Shown here piece by piece: positions 48,997 to 57,873 of a DNA stretch of 64,000 bases (positions are counted from its first letter, which is position 1; each line of letters opens with the position of its first letter). A program made the translations under genes and the position numbers. Source of the DNA: Candidatus Uhrbacteria bacterium (lineage in GTDB: Bacteria > Patescibacteriota > Patescibacteriia > UBA9934 > GWF2-40-263); assembly GCA_023246355.1 (NCBI GenBank), contig JAHFIQ010000001.1, forward strand, positions 350,247 to 414,246. The letters run 5' to 3'. Below the pieces are notes generated by a model, which made no database searches, was not told the origin of the DNA, and saw only the letters and a program-made list of their open reading frames with translations.

Positions 48997-49380
48997 ATGG
49001 CTGACAAGCTTTTCGACCAGGAGTTCGTCGAATATATTGTTCGGGCAATCGTCAATCATCCAGATGACGTGAAGACCGAGCGAATCGTAGACGAACGCGG
49101 CGTGCTCATTACTCTTCACATCAATCAAGAGGACATGGGGTACGTCATCGGTCGCCAGGGTCAGACCGCTCGCGCGGTTCGCACATTGCTCAAGATCGTT
49201 GGCGCCAAAGAAAATGCGCGCGTCAACTTGAAGATCTACGAGCCAGAAGGTTCTCGTCGCCCACGTCGTGAAGAAGGTGATCGCCCTGTGCGGGATGATC
49301 GTCCTGCCTACAACGACCGCGGCGCCACGGATTCCTTCAGCGGATCGAGCGACTCGTCTGTAGATGATCTCGGGATTTAA
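48997..49380 (+). CDS. KH-domain RNA-binding protein (KhpA/UPF0109-like)
   Basis: ...DVKTERIVDERGVLITLHINQEDMGYVIGRQGQTARAVRTLLKIVGAK has the GxxG KH core; C-terminal R/D-rich tail. Confidence 0.7.
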   Translation: MADKLFDQEFVEYIVRAIVNHPDDVKTERIVDERGVLITLHINQEDMGYVIGRQGQTARAVRTLLKIVGAKENARVNLKIYEPEGSRRPRREEGDRPVRDDRPAYNDRGATDSFSGSSDSSVDDLGI

Positions 49381-49439
49381 ACGCAGAGGTCTGTAGAGTG
49401 AAATCAAAAATCGACTCCTGTTACGGGAGTCGATTTTGT

Positions 49440-51551
49440 TTACTCAATGACGAGAACGTACAAATTTCCATCTGTGAAAAATTGGTCGCCCGTGAAATTT
49501 TCTCCCAGCACAGGATGAACAAATTGAATCGTTTGCTCAAGGTGAGCGGCGGTTGAGGTTTGAAGATCAGAGAGAAGGAGGTCGCGTTCGGTATCCACGT
49601 CTGGTTCGATTTTGTGTGTCACTCCCCATTTGAGTCCTGAATCAAAACTCGCGGTTCCGACATACACGTGGAAGCCATCTGGCGTGATGAGGTTCGTGCG
49701 CCAAAACCGTGCGTGGTGGCGTTCTCGGATGCTGTCCTCATCCGTTGCTTTTTGGAATCCGAAGTCATTCACCTGTGCATCCCAAAAGGCAGGTGTCATC
49801 GGAGCGGTTGCGTACCCTTCGTTCAAAAAGGCCGCCTGGGTGATTTTCAAAATGGTGTGCAGGGTTATCGCCTCGGCCCTCTGCCAGTGAGCCTGTGAAA
49901 AGACGTTCACAAGGTCATCATCTGATTTGGCCAGCACAAGGAAACTCAGGGGCTCTCGTGCGTTTCCCAGGAGGTCTTCTGAATACCGTGGAAGCATTCC
50001 ACCGGAAAAGGCGGAAAGAGGGTCGTGAACGGTTTCAACGGTTTGTGCTTGTGCGTTGAGTGTCTCGATGACGGGTTTGGTTGAAAAAAAGATATAGCCA
50101 AGTGAAGCGAGAATAACCGGGGACAAGACGACCGTTGTGAGAACTCGGAAGCGAAGACTTTTTTGTTTCGTGATGGGTTGGAGTTTGGGTGTGATTTTCC
50201 ATTCGCACAACGAGATCCCGATGATGAGCCAGATCATCCCAAGGACATATCCTCCCAGCACGTCGCTTAAATAGTGGACACCAAGATAGAGTCGGCTGAA
50301 TCCAACCGTCAGGATCAGGACAGCAGACAGGAGCAAGGCGTTTAAACGGATATTTCGGTTTACAACGGTTCGCCAAATGAGATAGGCGAGGAACCCATAA
50401 AACACCACGGCCACGGTTGCATGACCACTGGGAAACGAAAAAGAGTCTTCGGCGTACACCGCGAGTGCAGGTCTTTCTCGTTGAACAATGACCTTTCCCA
50501 AGAGAGCCAACACTTGAGCGCCCAGGAGGGAAGTCCACAACGGGACAATAAATTTTTTGTTGTGCCAGAGAAAGAGAAACAAGGAGAGCCCCAGTGACCA
50601 TAGGATGATCACTTTCCAATTTCCGAGTTGCGTGAGCCACAGGAGAACTTCTGTTGCGCGTGGGTTGCGGAAAAAGTACAGCAGATTTTCGATGCGGATG
50701 TCTGCCTCTACGATCGGGTCAGAGGCGATCACGTCTTGAATGAGCCCTCCCAACGTTGCGATCGCCCAGAGCATGGCCATGACGAGAAAAGAGAGGGGGA
50801 GGCCTGAGAATCGTTGCAGAGACAGGCGGTGTTGGAAAAAATGAATCAGCCTGGGGTGGTTCTGAATGAATTTTTTTACATCAGGATTTGTTTCCATGGC
50901 AGTGCGTTGGGATGTGAGGAGGGAAACCGTGACTCTCCACAGATGTGGTCCATAACGACCCATCAGATAACGGACCAACAGAAGCAACGCGAAACATCCC
51001 AGCAGCACGAGCAGCAGAAATCCAACCCGCGACGACCAGGTGAGAGCCGTCTCCCAGGCTTGACCGAAGATCCATCCCAGGGTGAGATAGGCCGCAGCAC
51101 TCGCAAATCCACTGAGCACATTCCATACGTAAAAATTCAGACGTTTCATTCCCAGCATCCCTGAGAGGTAGGGAACAAAGCCTCGGATGGGTCCGATGAA
51201 TCGCGCAAAGAGAATACTTTTTCCACCATGGTCATCAATAAATTTTTCAGATCGCTCAACGAGTTTTTTGGGGAACTTGAGAAGCAGTCGATTTTGCAGT
51301 CGGGTGGAGGCGCCAAGGGTGTAGGCAAGGGCATCACCCAAAATGCCCCCAGCCCCCGCAAACCAAATCAGATCCCCAAGATCAAGCACGCCCATTTTGG
51401 AAAGAAACCCAGCGAACAAAAGCACGATCGCTCCGGGGATGATGAGACCTACCAGCGGTATGGATTCGAGCACGGCAACCAAAAAAATGATCCAGTAACT
51501 GAAGAGACCAAGATTTGTTATAGTAGGGAGCAGTTCGTTCACGTGTATCAT
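49440..51551 (-). CDS. Fusion protein: DedA/VTT-family membrane domain, PAP2 (acid-phosphatase-type) domain, and C-terminal LssY-like domain
   Basis: N-terminal DedA-like helices (...GFVPYLSGMLGM...), PAP2 motifs (KxxxxxxRP-like QRERPA, PSGH, SRLYLGVHYLSDV), and a soluble ~230-aa C-terminal domain. Confidence 0.75.
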   Translation of the reverse strand: MIHVNELLPTITNLGLFSYWIIFLVAVLESIPLVGLIIPGAIVLLFAGFLSKMGVLDLGDLIWFAGAGGILGDALAYTLGASTRLQNRLLLKFPKKLVERSEKFIDDHGGKSILFARFIGPIRGFVPYLSGMLGMKRLNFYVWNVLSGFASAAAYLTLGWIFGQAWETALTWSSRVGFLLLVLLGCFALLLLVRYLMGRYGPHLWRVTVSLLTSQRTAMETNPDVKKFIQNHPRLIHFFQHRLSLQRFSGLPLSFLVMAMLWAIATLGGLIQDVIASDPIVEADIRIENLLYFFRNPRATEVLLWLTQLGNWKVIILWSLGLSLFLFLWHNKKFIVPLWTSLLGAQVLALLGKVIVQRERPALAVYAEDSFSFPSGHATVAVVFYGFLAYLIWRTVVNRNIRLNALLLSAVLILTVGFSRLYLGVHYLSDVLGGYVLGMIWLIIGISLCEWKITPKLQPITKQKSLRFRVLTTVVLSPVILASLGYIFFSTKPVIETLNAQAQTVETVHDPLSAFSGGMLPRYSEDLLGNAREPLSFLVLAKSDDDLVNVFSQAHWQRAEAITLHTILKITQAAFLNEGYATAPMTPAFWDAQVNDFGFQKATDEDSIRERHHARFWRTNLITPDGFHVYVGTASFDSGLKWGVTHKIEPDVDTERDLLLSDLQTSTAAHLEQTIQFVHPVLGENFTGDQFFTDGNLYVLVIE

Positions 51552-51560
51552 AGCGACCCC

Positions 51561-52253
51561 ATGATCTCACTTTTTATGGCCAAACTCAAGATGAAACAAT
51601 TTGAGGTGATCACTCTTTTTCCCGAGGTTGTTGAACCCTATGTGCAGGCGTCAATTTTAGGTCGGGCACAGAAAGCCAAACGCATTGAGGTACGCGCTCA
51701 CCAGTTACGTGACTGGTCCGTGGACAAACACCACAAAGTTGACGACACGCCCTACGGCGGCGGGCCGGGGATGGTGATGAAGGTGGATGTGTTTGAGTCT
51801 GCGGTGCGCATGGTAGCCGCAGGCTTCAGCCTGCGCCGAAAAAAGAAGACGCGTGTGATCCTCACCTCAGCTTCAGGAAAGACCTTCACGCAGGCCGATG
51901 CCAGGCGACTCGCAAAATACGATCAGCTGATTTTTTTGTGTGGACGCTACGAAGGCGTCGATCAGCGTGTTGAGGATCATGTTGCAGACGAAGCGCTCTC
52001 GATCGGCCAGTACGTTTTGACCGGTGGCGAACTTCCAGCGCTGGTCATGATCGATGCGATCGCGCGGTTGGTACCAGGCGTCATTGAAAAAGAATCGCTC
52101 ACGCGCGAGTCACACAGTGAAGAAGGCTACCGGGAACATCCTCAGTACACCAAACCGCCTGTTTATAAAAAATGGAAGGTGCCAGAGGTATTGCTTTCAG
52201 GGGACCATAAAAAAATTGAAGAATGGAGAAAAGCCTTTTCGGCTCATCAATAG
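51561..52253 (+). CDS. trmD: tRNA (guanine37-N1)-methyltransferase TrmD
   Basis: ...FEVITLFPEVVEPY...DDTPYGGGPGMVMKVDVF...LIFLCGRYEGVDQRV...LSIGQYVLTGGELPALVMIDAIARL. Alternative starts at ATG 51576 or 51591. The ORF track fused it to an upstream out-of-gene stretch. Confidence 0.9.
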   Translation: MISLFMAKLKMKQFEVITLFPEVVEPYVQASILGRAQKAKRIEVRAHQLRDWSVDKHHKVDDTPYGGGPGMVMKVDVFESAVRMVAAGFSLRRKKKTRVILTSASGKTFTQADARRLAKYDQLIFLCGRYEGVDQRVEDHVADEALSIGQYVLTGGELPALVMIDAIARLVPGVIEKESLTRESHSEEGYREHPQYTKPPVYKKWKVPEVLLSGDHKKIEEWRKAFSAHQ

Positions 52254-52256
52254 CAT

Positions 52257-52288
52257 AAAAAATCCGTCCTTGTGGGACGGATTTTTTT
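52257..52288. terminator. Strong, likely bidirectional intrinsic terminator after trmD
   Basis: aaaaaatccgtcc-ttgt-gggacggatttttttg: a perfect 10-bp stem, a 7-T tail on the plus strand and an A-tract on the other side. Confidence 0.8.
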
Positions 52289-52302
52289 GGACCCGGATCG
52301 GT

Positions 52303-52378
52303 TGGTGGACCCGACGGGATTTGAACCCGTGATCTCCGGTGTCAAAACGGATGAGGTTACCGCTACCTCCACGGGCCC
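52303..52378 (-). tRNA. tRNA-like gene with non-canonical anticodon arm (candidate tRNA-Val(GAC) with expanded loop, or UGA-anticodon tRNA); G3:U70, A73, encoded CCA
   Basis: Minus-strand sequence GGGCCCG-TG-GAGG-TAGCGGTAA-CCTC-A-TCCGT-TTTGACA-CCGGA-GATC-ACGGG-TTCAAAT-CCCGT-CGGGTCC-A-CCA. Acceptor, D-arm and T-arm (loop TTCAAAT) are canonical. The anticodon stem has a U:C mismatch at 31:39. The 7-nt register gives UGA with C37; the alternative is a 9-nt loop holding the canonical U-GAC-A Val context. Confidence 0.6.
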
Positions 52379-52536
52379 GTGCGATCCGGGATAAATAAAA
52401 CCCCCAACTTTAAGACCCATCGGCCTAAAATTTGGGGGGATTTTATTTTGACACCGGAATGAAGGCATGCGCCTCATCCGTCTAGTTACAGTTCATCACA
52501 TAATTTACTGAACGTCAAGGTGATGCTGTTGATAAA

Positions 52537-52563
52537 TTAAAAAAACAGCAGATGCGTCTGCTG
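52537..52563 (-). terminator. Intrinsic terminator on the minus strand
   Basis: On the minus strand, a 7-bp stem cagcaga/tctgctg with a 4-nt loop, followed by a U-tract (plus-strand A-run 52538-52545). Confidence 0.5.
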
Positions 52564-52591
52564 CTACGAATGACTGAAACACGTGTTGGGC

Positions 52592-52792
52592 CTAGATCGT
52601 GAAGAGGATGCCGTGAGGGAGGAACTGCACTACGGGCGGTGGGCCAGAACCGTCATCGACGAGAATCTCGTACAGCGCCCATCCTGAACCCTGTGTGACA
52701 AGGCGATGGTTCGGATTCGTGGCGAGATCCTGTCCGGCCGTGCGGTTGGGACTGGGGAACCAGAATGGGAAGAGATAACGGAGAACTTTCAT
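52592..52792 (-). CDS. Small hypothetical protein (66 aa)
   Basis: MKVLRYLFPFWFPSPNRTAGQDLATNPNHRLVTQGSGWALYEILVDDGSGPPPVVQFLPHGILFTI; followed on its strand by the terminator at 52537-52563. Confidence 0.3.
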   Translation of the reverse strand: MKVLRYLFPFWFPSPNRTAGQDLATNPNHRLVTQGSGWALYEILVDDGSGPPPVVQFLPHGILFTI

Positions 52793-52922
52793 GGCCACAC
52801 CTCGTTTGGAGGCTAACATTTGTTTTTAAAACAATCAAGCGTGCGTACTAAAAGATTCGGATCCGTGTAAAGTGATTGACGTATGAGCCTCCTTGGCCTA
52901 GGGTGGCGACTGAGGAGGGGAC

Positions 52923-53384
52923 ATGCCTCTGTCTGATCCATCTTGCCCACCGACGTTTTCGGAAATTTATCGACTCTTGGACATCAGTCTAAGAGGCGGA
53001 AGGCAACAACATGCGCAAGCCCTGAGTGAATTTCGGACGTGCGAGAGGGATCTCCGCTACGCCATGGCAAACGCACATCTCGACCGGCAACGCGTCATCA
53101 AGGCGGGAAAAGATCTTGACGCGGCAAAGCGTAGAGAGGCAGAAGCGAAGCACGTTTTGGTCCTTCTGGAAGACACAGGGTTTCGTCGCGAGCTCGCCAA
53201 TTTGGACATGCATTGGCGGCGGTTCCGGATGTCTCACATGGGAGCTAGCAACGACCGATTTGCTGATCTGATGATGGGAGCGCCCGAGGAACAAACCCAC
53301 GAGCTGCGCGCATCGTGGAAACGCATCAGCGACCTCATCGCGGCCAAGGCCACTGCAACACCCACGTCCGCTCTGATACTCTAG
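52923..53384 (+). CDS. Hypothetical protein (high GC)
   Basis: 153-aa ORF, GC3-rich, predicted helical (AAKRREAEAKHVLVLLEDTGFRRELANLDMHWRRF). Confidence 0.45.
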   Translation: MPLSDPSCPPTFSEIYRLLDISLRGGRQQHAQALSEFRTCERDLRYAMANAHLDRQRVIKAGKDLDAAKRREAEAKHVLVLLEDTGFRRELANLDMHWRRFRMSHMGASNDRFADLMMGAPEEQTHELRASWKRISDLIAAKATATPTSALIL

Positions 53385-53451
53385 CCAACGACCGAACGGG
53401 TCGTTTTTCTTTTGGAATTGAAAAGCTCCGACAATGTCGGAGCCGTGGGGA

Positions 53452-53925
53452 TCAGGAGATGGGCACGCGCAGAGCGAGGGACTGCTCGAAGCGGTGCGTG
53501 AAGTAGTACTGACCCGTGGCCGTGAGGACCGCAAGGCGCTGTGCTGGCACGATCGTCTTTTCGAGCTGCGCGCGCAGGGGCTCCCACTGTGCCTTCCCCC
53601 AGGCCAGGCCGAAGAGGAAGTACTCGTAGCTGATCCAGCTAGCCCTGTGGAAGGCGAAGTCGCCCTGGTGCTTGTTCGTCCGCCTCTCCCGCAGGATGAC
53701 GATCTGGCCGGCAGCGACCAGTCCCTCCATGAAGGAGAGGATGCAGGCGCCACGCGAAAGCGGGGTGCCGTTTGGCATGAGGAGTTGGATCTGCACCCGG
53801 GGGTTGATCCACCAGGACTTGGCTCCTTGTTGAACGTGCACGGCGCGCTCCTCGTACGAATGACCTTGGCGCGTGACGATGATGACCGAGTTGCTGTAGG
53901 TGTTGGTGAAGGGTTGGTAGACCAC
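53452..53925 (-). CDS. Hypothetical protein (high GC)
   Basis: 157-aa ORF with balanced, protein-like composition; overlaps low-complexity ORFs in other frames that are rejected. Confidence 0.45.
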   Translation of the reverse strand: MVYQPFTNTYSNSVIIVTRQGHSYEERAVHVQQGAKSWWINPRVQIQLLMPNGTPLSRGACILSFMEGLVAAGQIVILRERRTNKHQGDFAFHRASWISYEYFLFGLAWGKAQWEPLRAQLEKTIVPAQRLAVLTATGQYYFTHRFEQSLALRVPIS

Positions 53926-54167
53926 GAATTCCTCTCTTGAGTCACCGTTGCCGGCGGCGCGGTTGGTGGGGATGCCCTTGTGGGGCGCCGACTTGCAGGG
54001 CGATTCTCACGAATCACCCGAAGGAGCATCAGAAGCTTCAGATTGAATTATCTGTGCTCGCACCATGAGGAAAATATTCCTCGAACGTATGGTCATGTGT
54101 GTTCAATCAGAACAACAGCATAACGCATGAGGATACATCAAAAACGTGATTTTGTCAAACGATCGCG

Positions 54168-54197
54168 CAAAAAGAAAATCCTCTCAGTTTGAGAGGA
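54168..54197 (-). terminator. Intrinsic terminator for the minus-strand genes ending at 54207
   Basis: Stem cctctca/tgagagg with loop gtt, followed on the minus strand by a U-tract (plus aaaagaaaat). Confidence 0.6.
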
Positions 54198-54206
54198 CAG
54201 GGGGCG

Positions 54207-54575
54207 TCAGCTCGCTTTGCGGAACGGGTTGAAGGTGAGTCCCCGCTCCTCAGGCGTGGGGATCGTGACACCCTTGGGAGCCAGGGCGTAGTAGAAACCG
54301 AGGCTGATCGGAAGCAGGTAGAAGACTCCATCTTCACTGCCGATCATGGAAGAGCTGAACTCAGCGGTGAAGAGGCGCGCCTTCCCATCCGTTTTGAATT
54401 CGAGCCCTGTGTCGTCGATGATGGTCTCCACAATCGTGGCTCGCGCATACTCTCGTGACAGTCCACACCCCATCTTGTACTCGACCAGCGTGCCGCCGGT
54501 CAGGTCACCCATGTCTCTTGGGTCGTCCATGTGGTCTCCAGAAGAATCAGTGAGAGGCTTGCTGTGCTTGCACAA
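54207..54575 (-). CDS. Hypothetical protein (high GC)
   Basis: 122-aa ORF; likely start at MDDPRDMGD; no recognised motif. Confidence 0.4.
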   Translation of the reverse strand: MCKHSKPLTDSSGDHMDDPRDMGDLTGGTLVEYKMGCGLSREYARATIVETIIDDTGLEFKTDGKARLFTAEFSSSMIGSEDGVFYLLPISLGFYYALAPKGVTIPTPEERGLTFNPFRKAS

Positions 54576-54855
54576 GCAACTCGCTGTGCAAACGGTTGTG
54601 GGCGAGGATCACCAGTCGGCAGATCCTCTCGTCGGTTGCTCCAGCGCGCCTGGCGCCGCTGACGATCCGCCGGGCACGACCCCGACAGCTTGGGGGGAGA
54701 CGTTCGATGTATTCATTCAACGTCTGGTGCGTTCCTCGAGTGCTCGCGAACTGGACGATCGCTCGAGTCGTCGCTGGGTCATATTCGAGACCCTGCTTCA
54801 GAAGCTCCCGCAGATCGTCAATCCAAGTGGTCTTCGCGATCGAATGTGCCGTCAT
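54547..54855 (-). CDS. Hypothetical protein (high GC)
   Basis: 102-aa ORF overlapping the next gene by 29 nt; helical. Confidence 0.35.
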   Translation of the reverse strand: MTAHSIAKTTWIDDLRELLKQGLEYDPATTRAIVQFASTRGTHQTLNEYIERLPPSCRGRARRIVSGARRAGATDERICRLVILAHNRLHSELLVQAQQASH

Positions 54856-54900
54856 GAACTCTCCATGGCGTGGGTGAGTATAGAGGTTTTTCTGAAAATG

Positions 54901-55797
54901 TCAATGGTTTGATTTTGAAAGTTTTGCAACGAAGAATCCTTCGTATGTGTTTGTTGGTACAAGCGTGGCTGTTTTGTGTGGACCGATTTTGGATGGGAAC
55001 GGCAGGGTAAAGGTTTGGGGTTTCATGAGTGGATATTCTTGTACGAGCCACCCGATCATGTCCTCATTTTCTTCTGGTGAAAGTGTGCACGTGGAGTACA
55101 CAAGCGTTCCTCCAGGTTTCAGACACGCAACCGCAGAGCGCAGGAGTCGGCGCTGGAGTTTAGCATGTTCGGTGATATTTTTTTGTGACCAAAAAGAAAA
55201 GCTACGTCGATCGTTTACGTTGATGCGCCCTTCAGCAGAACAAGGCACGTCGGCAAGGACGCGATCGAATAGCTCGGCATGTGTGTGATGCAGGAGGGTG
55301 GCATCGACGTGGATCGCCTCGGCATTCGCGCCTTGGAGCGTGAGCGTGTGTTTGAGTTTTTCAAAACGGACTGGATCTTTTTCACACGCGACAAGCCGTC
55401 CTTGGTTGTTCATGAGCGCCGCGATTTGGGAGGTCTTGCTCCCTGGCGCAGCGCACAGATCAAGGACGGTTTCGCCTGGCTGTGGATCTAAGACGAGTGC
55501 CGGGAGCATGGAAGTGATGCCTTGCAAGTATATTTTTCCAGAGGTGGTGAGTGGGTGTGCGAGGAGCTCCTTGTCTGTTTTATTTTTGATGATGAACGCA
55601 TGTGGGATGTCTTTCACCCGTTCAAATTGAATGGCGTCTTTGCGCAACGCAGCCATGACCTCGTCGTCAGTTGCGACAATCGTGTTTACGCGAAACGTCG
55701 GAAGTCGTTTCTCCTGCATCGCCAAAAGCATGGTCCGCGCTGCTATCGCGCCGAATTGTTTGATCAAGCGTGAGTTGAGTTCATCGGGGAGATGCAT
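54901..55797 (-). CDS. RsmB/NOP2/Sun-family RNA m5C methyltransferase
   Basis: DLCAAPGSKT (motif I), ...DRVLADVPCSAEG (catalytic PC), ...GGTLVYSTCTLSPEENE (TC motif). Confidence 0.8.
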   Translation of the reverse strand: MHLPDELNSRLIKQFGAIAARTMLLAMQEKRLPTFRVNTIVATDDEVMAALRKDAIQFERVKDIPHAFIIKNKTDKELLAHPLTTSGKIYLQGITSMLPALVLDPQPGETVLDLCAAPGSKTSQIAALMNNQGRLVACEKDPVRFEKLKHTLTLQGANAEAIHVDATLLHHTHAELFDRVLADVPCSAEGRINVNDRRSFSFWSQKNITEHAKLQRRLLRSAVACLKPGGTLVYSTCTLSPEENEDMIGWLVQEYPLMKPQTFTLPFPSKIGPHKTATLVPTNTYEGFFVAKLSKSNH

Positions 55798-55861
55798 AGA
55801 GGCAAGAGTGTGACATGATCACGTCAAAAAGAAAATGACCCGAAGGTGGGTCACCGTTTGG

Positions 55862-56479
55862 CTAAGCCGCGTCAGGAGGTTCAGGAGTCTGTGCAGGCTG
55901 TGCAACCGCCGGAGTTTCCTGTGCAGGAGGCTCGACGCGCAGGCCGCTCACGTCCCCCTCGATGTTGGACACGTCGCCCACGAGTCCCGAGACGTCTCCC
56001 TCGATTTGGTCGATGTCTCCGCGAATGCGTGACACGTCGCCTAAGAGGTTGTCAGCGCAACCAGTGATGTTGCTTGCATCGCCTCGCAGCGCTGAGACGT
56101 CGCCATCAATATTGCTGACATCACCTCGCAGGTTGGTCACATCACCCTCGATGTTGCTGACATCACCTCGCAGGTTGGTCACGTCCCCTCGGATGTTAGA
56201 TACGTCGCCTTCGATGTTGCTTGCATCACCGAAAATGTCAGTGGCATCTCCACAGATGTTCGACACGTCACCTGTGAGACGGCTCGCACCTTCCAGGTCG
56301 TTGCTTTCTTCCTCGTCTTGGGACGAGTCTGTTGCGGCGTCGTTGACAGTCCCGCCGATGTTCACGTGTGTCGGTGCTCGGACGATGAGCCAGACAAGTC
56401 CACAGAGCGTCAGGATCACCACAAGAAACAGACAGGCGATCGTGGCGTAGACCATCAGTTCAATCGTGGGCAATTCCAT
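55862..56479 (-). CDS. Membrane-anchored protein composed of ~17 tandem heptapeptide repeats (GDVSNIx), with Pro/Ala-rich C-terminus
   Basis: N-terminal TM helix (MELPTIELMVYATIACLFLVVILTLCGLVWLIV), then GDVSNIC GDATDIF GDASNIE GDVSNIR GDVTNLR GDVSNIE GDVTNLR GDVSNID GDVSALR GDASNIT GCADNLL GDVSRIR GDIDQIE GDVSGLV GDVSNIE GDVSGLR. Confidence 0.65.
   Translation of the reverse strand: MELPTIELMVYATIACLFLVVILTLCGLVWLIVRAPTHVNIGGTVNDAATDSSQDEEESNDLEGASRLTGDVSNICGDATDIFGDASNIEGDVSNIRGDVTNLRGDVSNIEGDVTNLRGDVSNIDGDVSALRGDASNITGCADNLLGDVSRIRGDIDQIEGDVSGLVGDVSNIEGDVSGLRVEPPAQETPAVAQPAQTPEPPDAA
55942..56296 (-). repeat. ~17 tandem 21-bp coding repeats
   Basis: Plus strand shows the periodic 21-nt unit (c)tcgatgttg(g/c)(a/t)cacgtc(g/a)cc in GC-rich sequence. 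Confidence 0.7.
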
Positions 56480-56594
56480 CTCGATTTCTCCAGAGCCCCG
56501 TCATCCTAGCACGGATTGGTCTCATGTCAACGGAGAGCTTTAATAACAAGTAACTTAAAAAGAAAACCCTGCTCGGTGTGAACAGGGGAGACGA

Positions 56595-57839
56595 TCATCG
56601 CGCGAAAGGACGACAGACTTCGGCCTTGGCAGCTTGGAGGATCAGACGTACGGAGCGCCGGCGCCAGGGGATCTGGGCGAGTGTTCGGGTGGTAGAGCCA
56701 GCCGTGTCGCAGCTGAGAAAATCGACCGTGTCCGGCTCCAGGTAGTCAGCCCGCTGAAGGGGTACCTTCTCAGGTGAGCCATCTTTGAGCTTGTTGTAGA
56801 TCCCGACGATGCCCAAGCATACGAGGACGAACACTCCAATCACGAGTGGAACGCCGATGGCGATTCCGCCGGAAATCAGCAGGAAGGTTGCAAGGAACCG
56901 ATCCGTGAATCCGTCCTCGAGTGCCCAGCTGATCAGAGCAATCACAAGGAGTGAGAGTGGCGAGAACACCGGCAGTCCGATGCGAGCCACGAGGCCGAAG
57001 AGGTTTCTAGACCAACTCCTTGGCCAGAAGTAGTTGCCGTTCAGGAAATTTGCTAGTACGTCGTCGATACTCATCGACAGCAGGTGCCGAATCGGTTTCC
57101 AGCTGACCCGCTTGAAGCCTGCCAGAGTTGCCAACAGGGTGATCGTGAGGCGAAGCAACCAGTTGATGAGCATGCACGGTGGCTGAATCGAGTAGGCCCA
57201 GAGACGACGTTTGCGGTAGTCACATTGATCCACGGGCGCATAGCGAAACCAGTGGTTGACCCAGGCCGCTTCCCACGCAGGTGGCGGCTTGGCAAACACT
57301 CCCTTGGGTACGATGACATCAAGGTTTGCTGAGATGGCCTGATACCATTCGGGCACCTCGTCTTCCTCCCACCCTTCTTCCGCTTCTTTTTCGGGAGACG
57401 ATGTTTTGGGAAGTTTTACGATTCCCCAACCGCACTTTCTGTTTCCATGTTGGTAGCAGGTGTTCAGATGCTCTGCCAACGACAAACCGTCATGGGTGAG
57501 CAACGAAGTGTTCCAGTGCCCGCCTTCTTGTCCCAAGACAAACTCGTGTACACCGTTGATCCCACTCCACCAGAACATGAGCATGGCATGGATTCGGTTG
57601 GGTCCGTCTGTCCGAAAGTTCACGTAAGCCATTCCGTCCTTCAGAGGTACGAGCTGACGCGTTTCTTTCCGCACGGAGTAGTGCGCACCTTGCGGGGCGG
57701 TGATGAGTAGGACGTAGGGGTCGGTGATTCCCAGGCTTGAGAGCAGCTCGAGCGTGGTGCGGTCCACACACCAGCTCACAGGAATCATCCCCGTATCGAT
57801 GTTGGGGTCTTGGACATGGATTTCAAATGCTGCGGACAA
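56595..57839 (-). CDS. Hypothetical membrane protein (high GC), directly upstream of the heptad-repeat gene
   Basis: 414-aa ORF; the C-terminal half has 4-5 predicted TM helices (LLRLTITLLATLAGF, LVARIGLPVFSPLSLLVIALISWAL, FLATFLLISGGIAIGVPLVIGVFVLVCLGIVGIY); no recognised motif. Confidence 0.5.
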   Translation of the reverse strand: MSAAFEIHVQDPNIDTGMIPVSWCVDRTTLELLSSLGITDPYVLLITAPQGAHYSVRKETRQLVPLKDGMAYVNFRTDGPNRIHAMLMFWWSGINGVHEFVLGQEGGHWNTSLLTHDGLSLAEHLNTCYQHGNRKCGWGIVKLPKTSSPEKEAEEGWEEDEVPEWYQAISANLDVIVPKGVFAKPPPAWEAAWVNHWFRYAPVDQCDYRKRRLWAYSIQPPCMLINWLLRLTITLLATLAGFKRVSWKPIRHLLSMSIDDVLANFLNGNYFWPRSWSRNLFGLVARIGLPVFSPLSLLVIALISWALEDGFTDRFLATFLLISGGIAIGVPLVIGVFVLVCLGIVGIYNKLKDGSPEKVPLQRADYLEPDTVDFLSCDTAGSTTRTLAQIPWRRRSVRLILQAAKAEVCRPFAR

Positions 57840-57873
57840 AGGACCTCCTTCTCCAGAGACTGGAGGCGATGAT

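Noticed and set aside
52303-52378. Considered tmRNA (because of G3:U70 and the odd anticodon arm)
   Set aside because: The 76-nt sequence folds as a complete cloverleaf with D- and anticodon arms and a short variable region. tmRNA would have ~300 nt inserted between the D-like and T-arm regions, and a tag ORF.
52989-54029. 346-aa ORF (minus) and 168-aa ORF (plus) spanning the 53.0-54.0 kb high-GC block
   Set aside because: Extreme Ser/Arg/Pro/Thr low-complexity composition typical of wrong-frame translation of GC-rich DNA. The 157-aa minus-strand ORF 53452-53925 and the plus 52923-53384 ORF look protein-like and were preferred.
55942-56296. Considered whether the 21-bp tandem repeats could be a CRISPR array
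   Set aside because: Units are contiguous with no unique spacers, are in-frame and encode a perfect heptapeptide repeat inside an ORF that has a TM anchor. No cas genes nearby.
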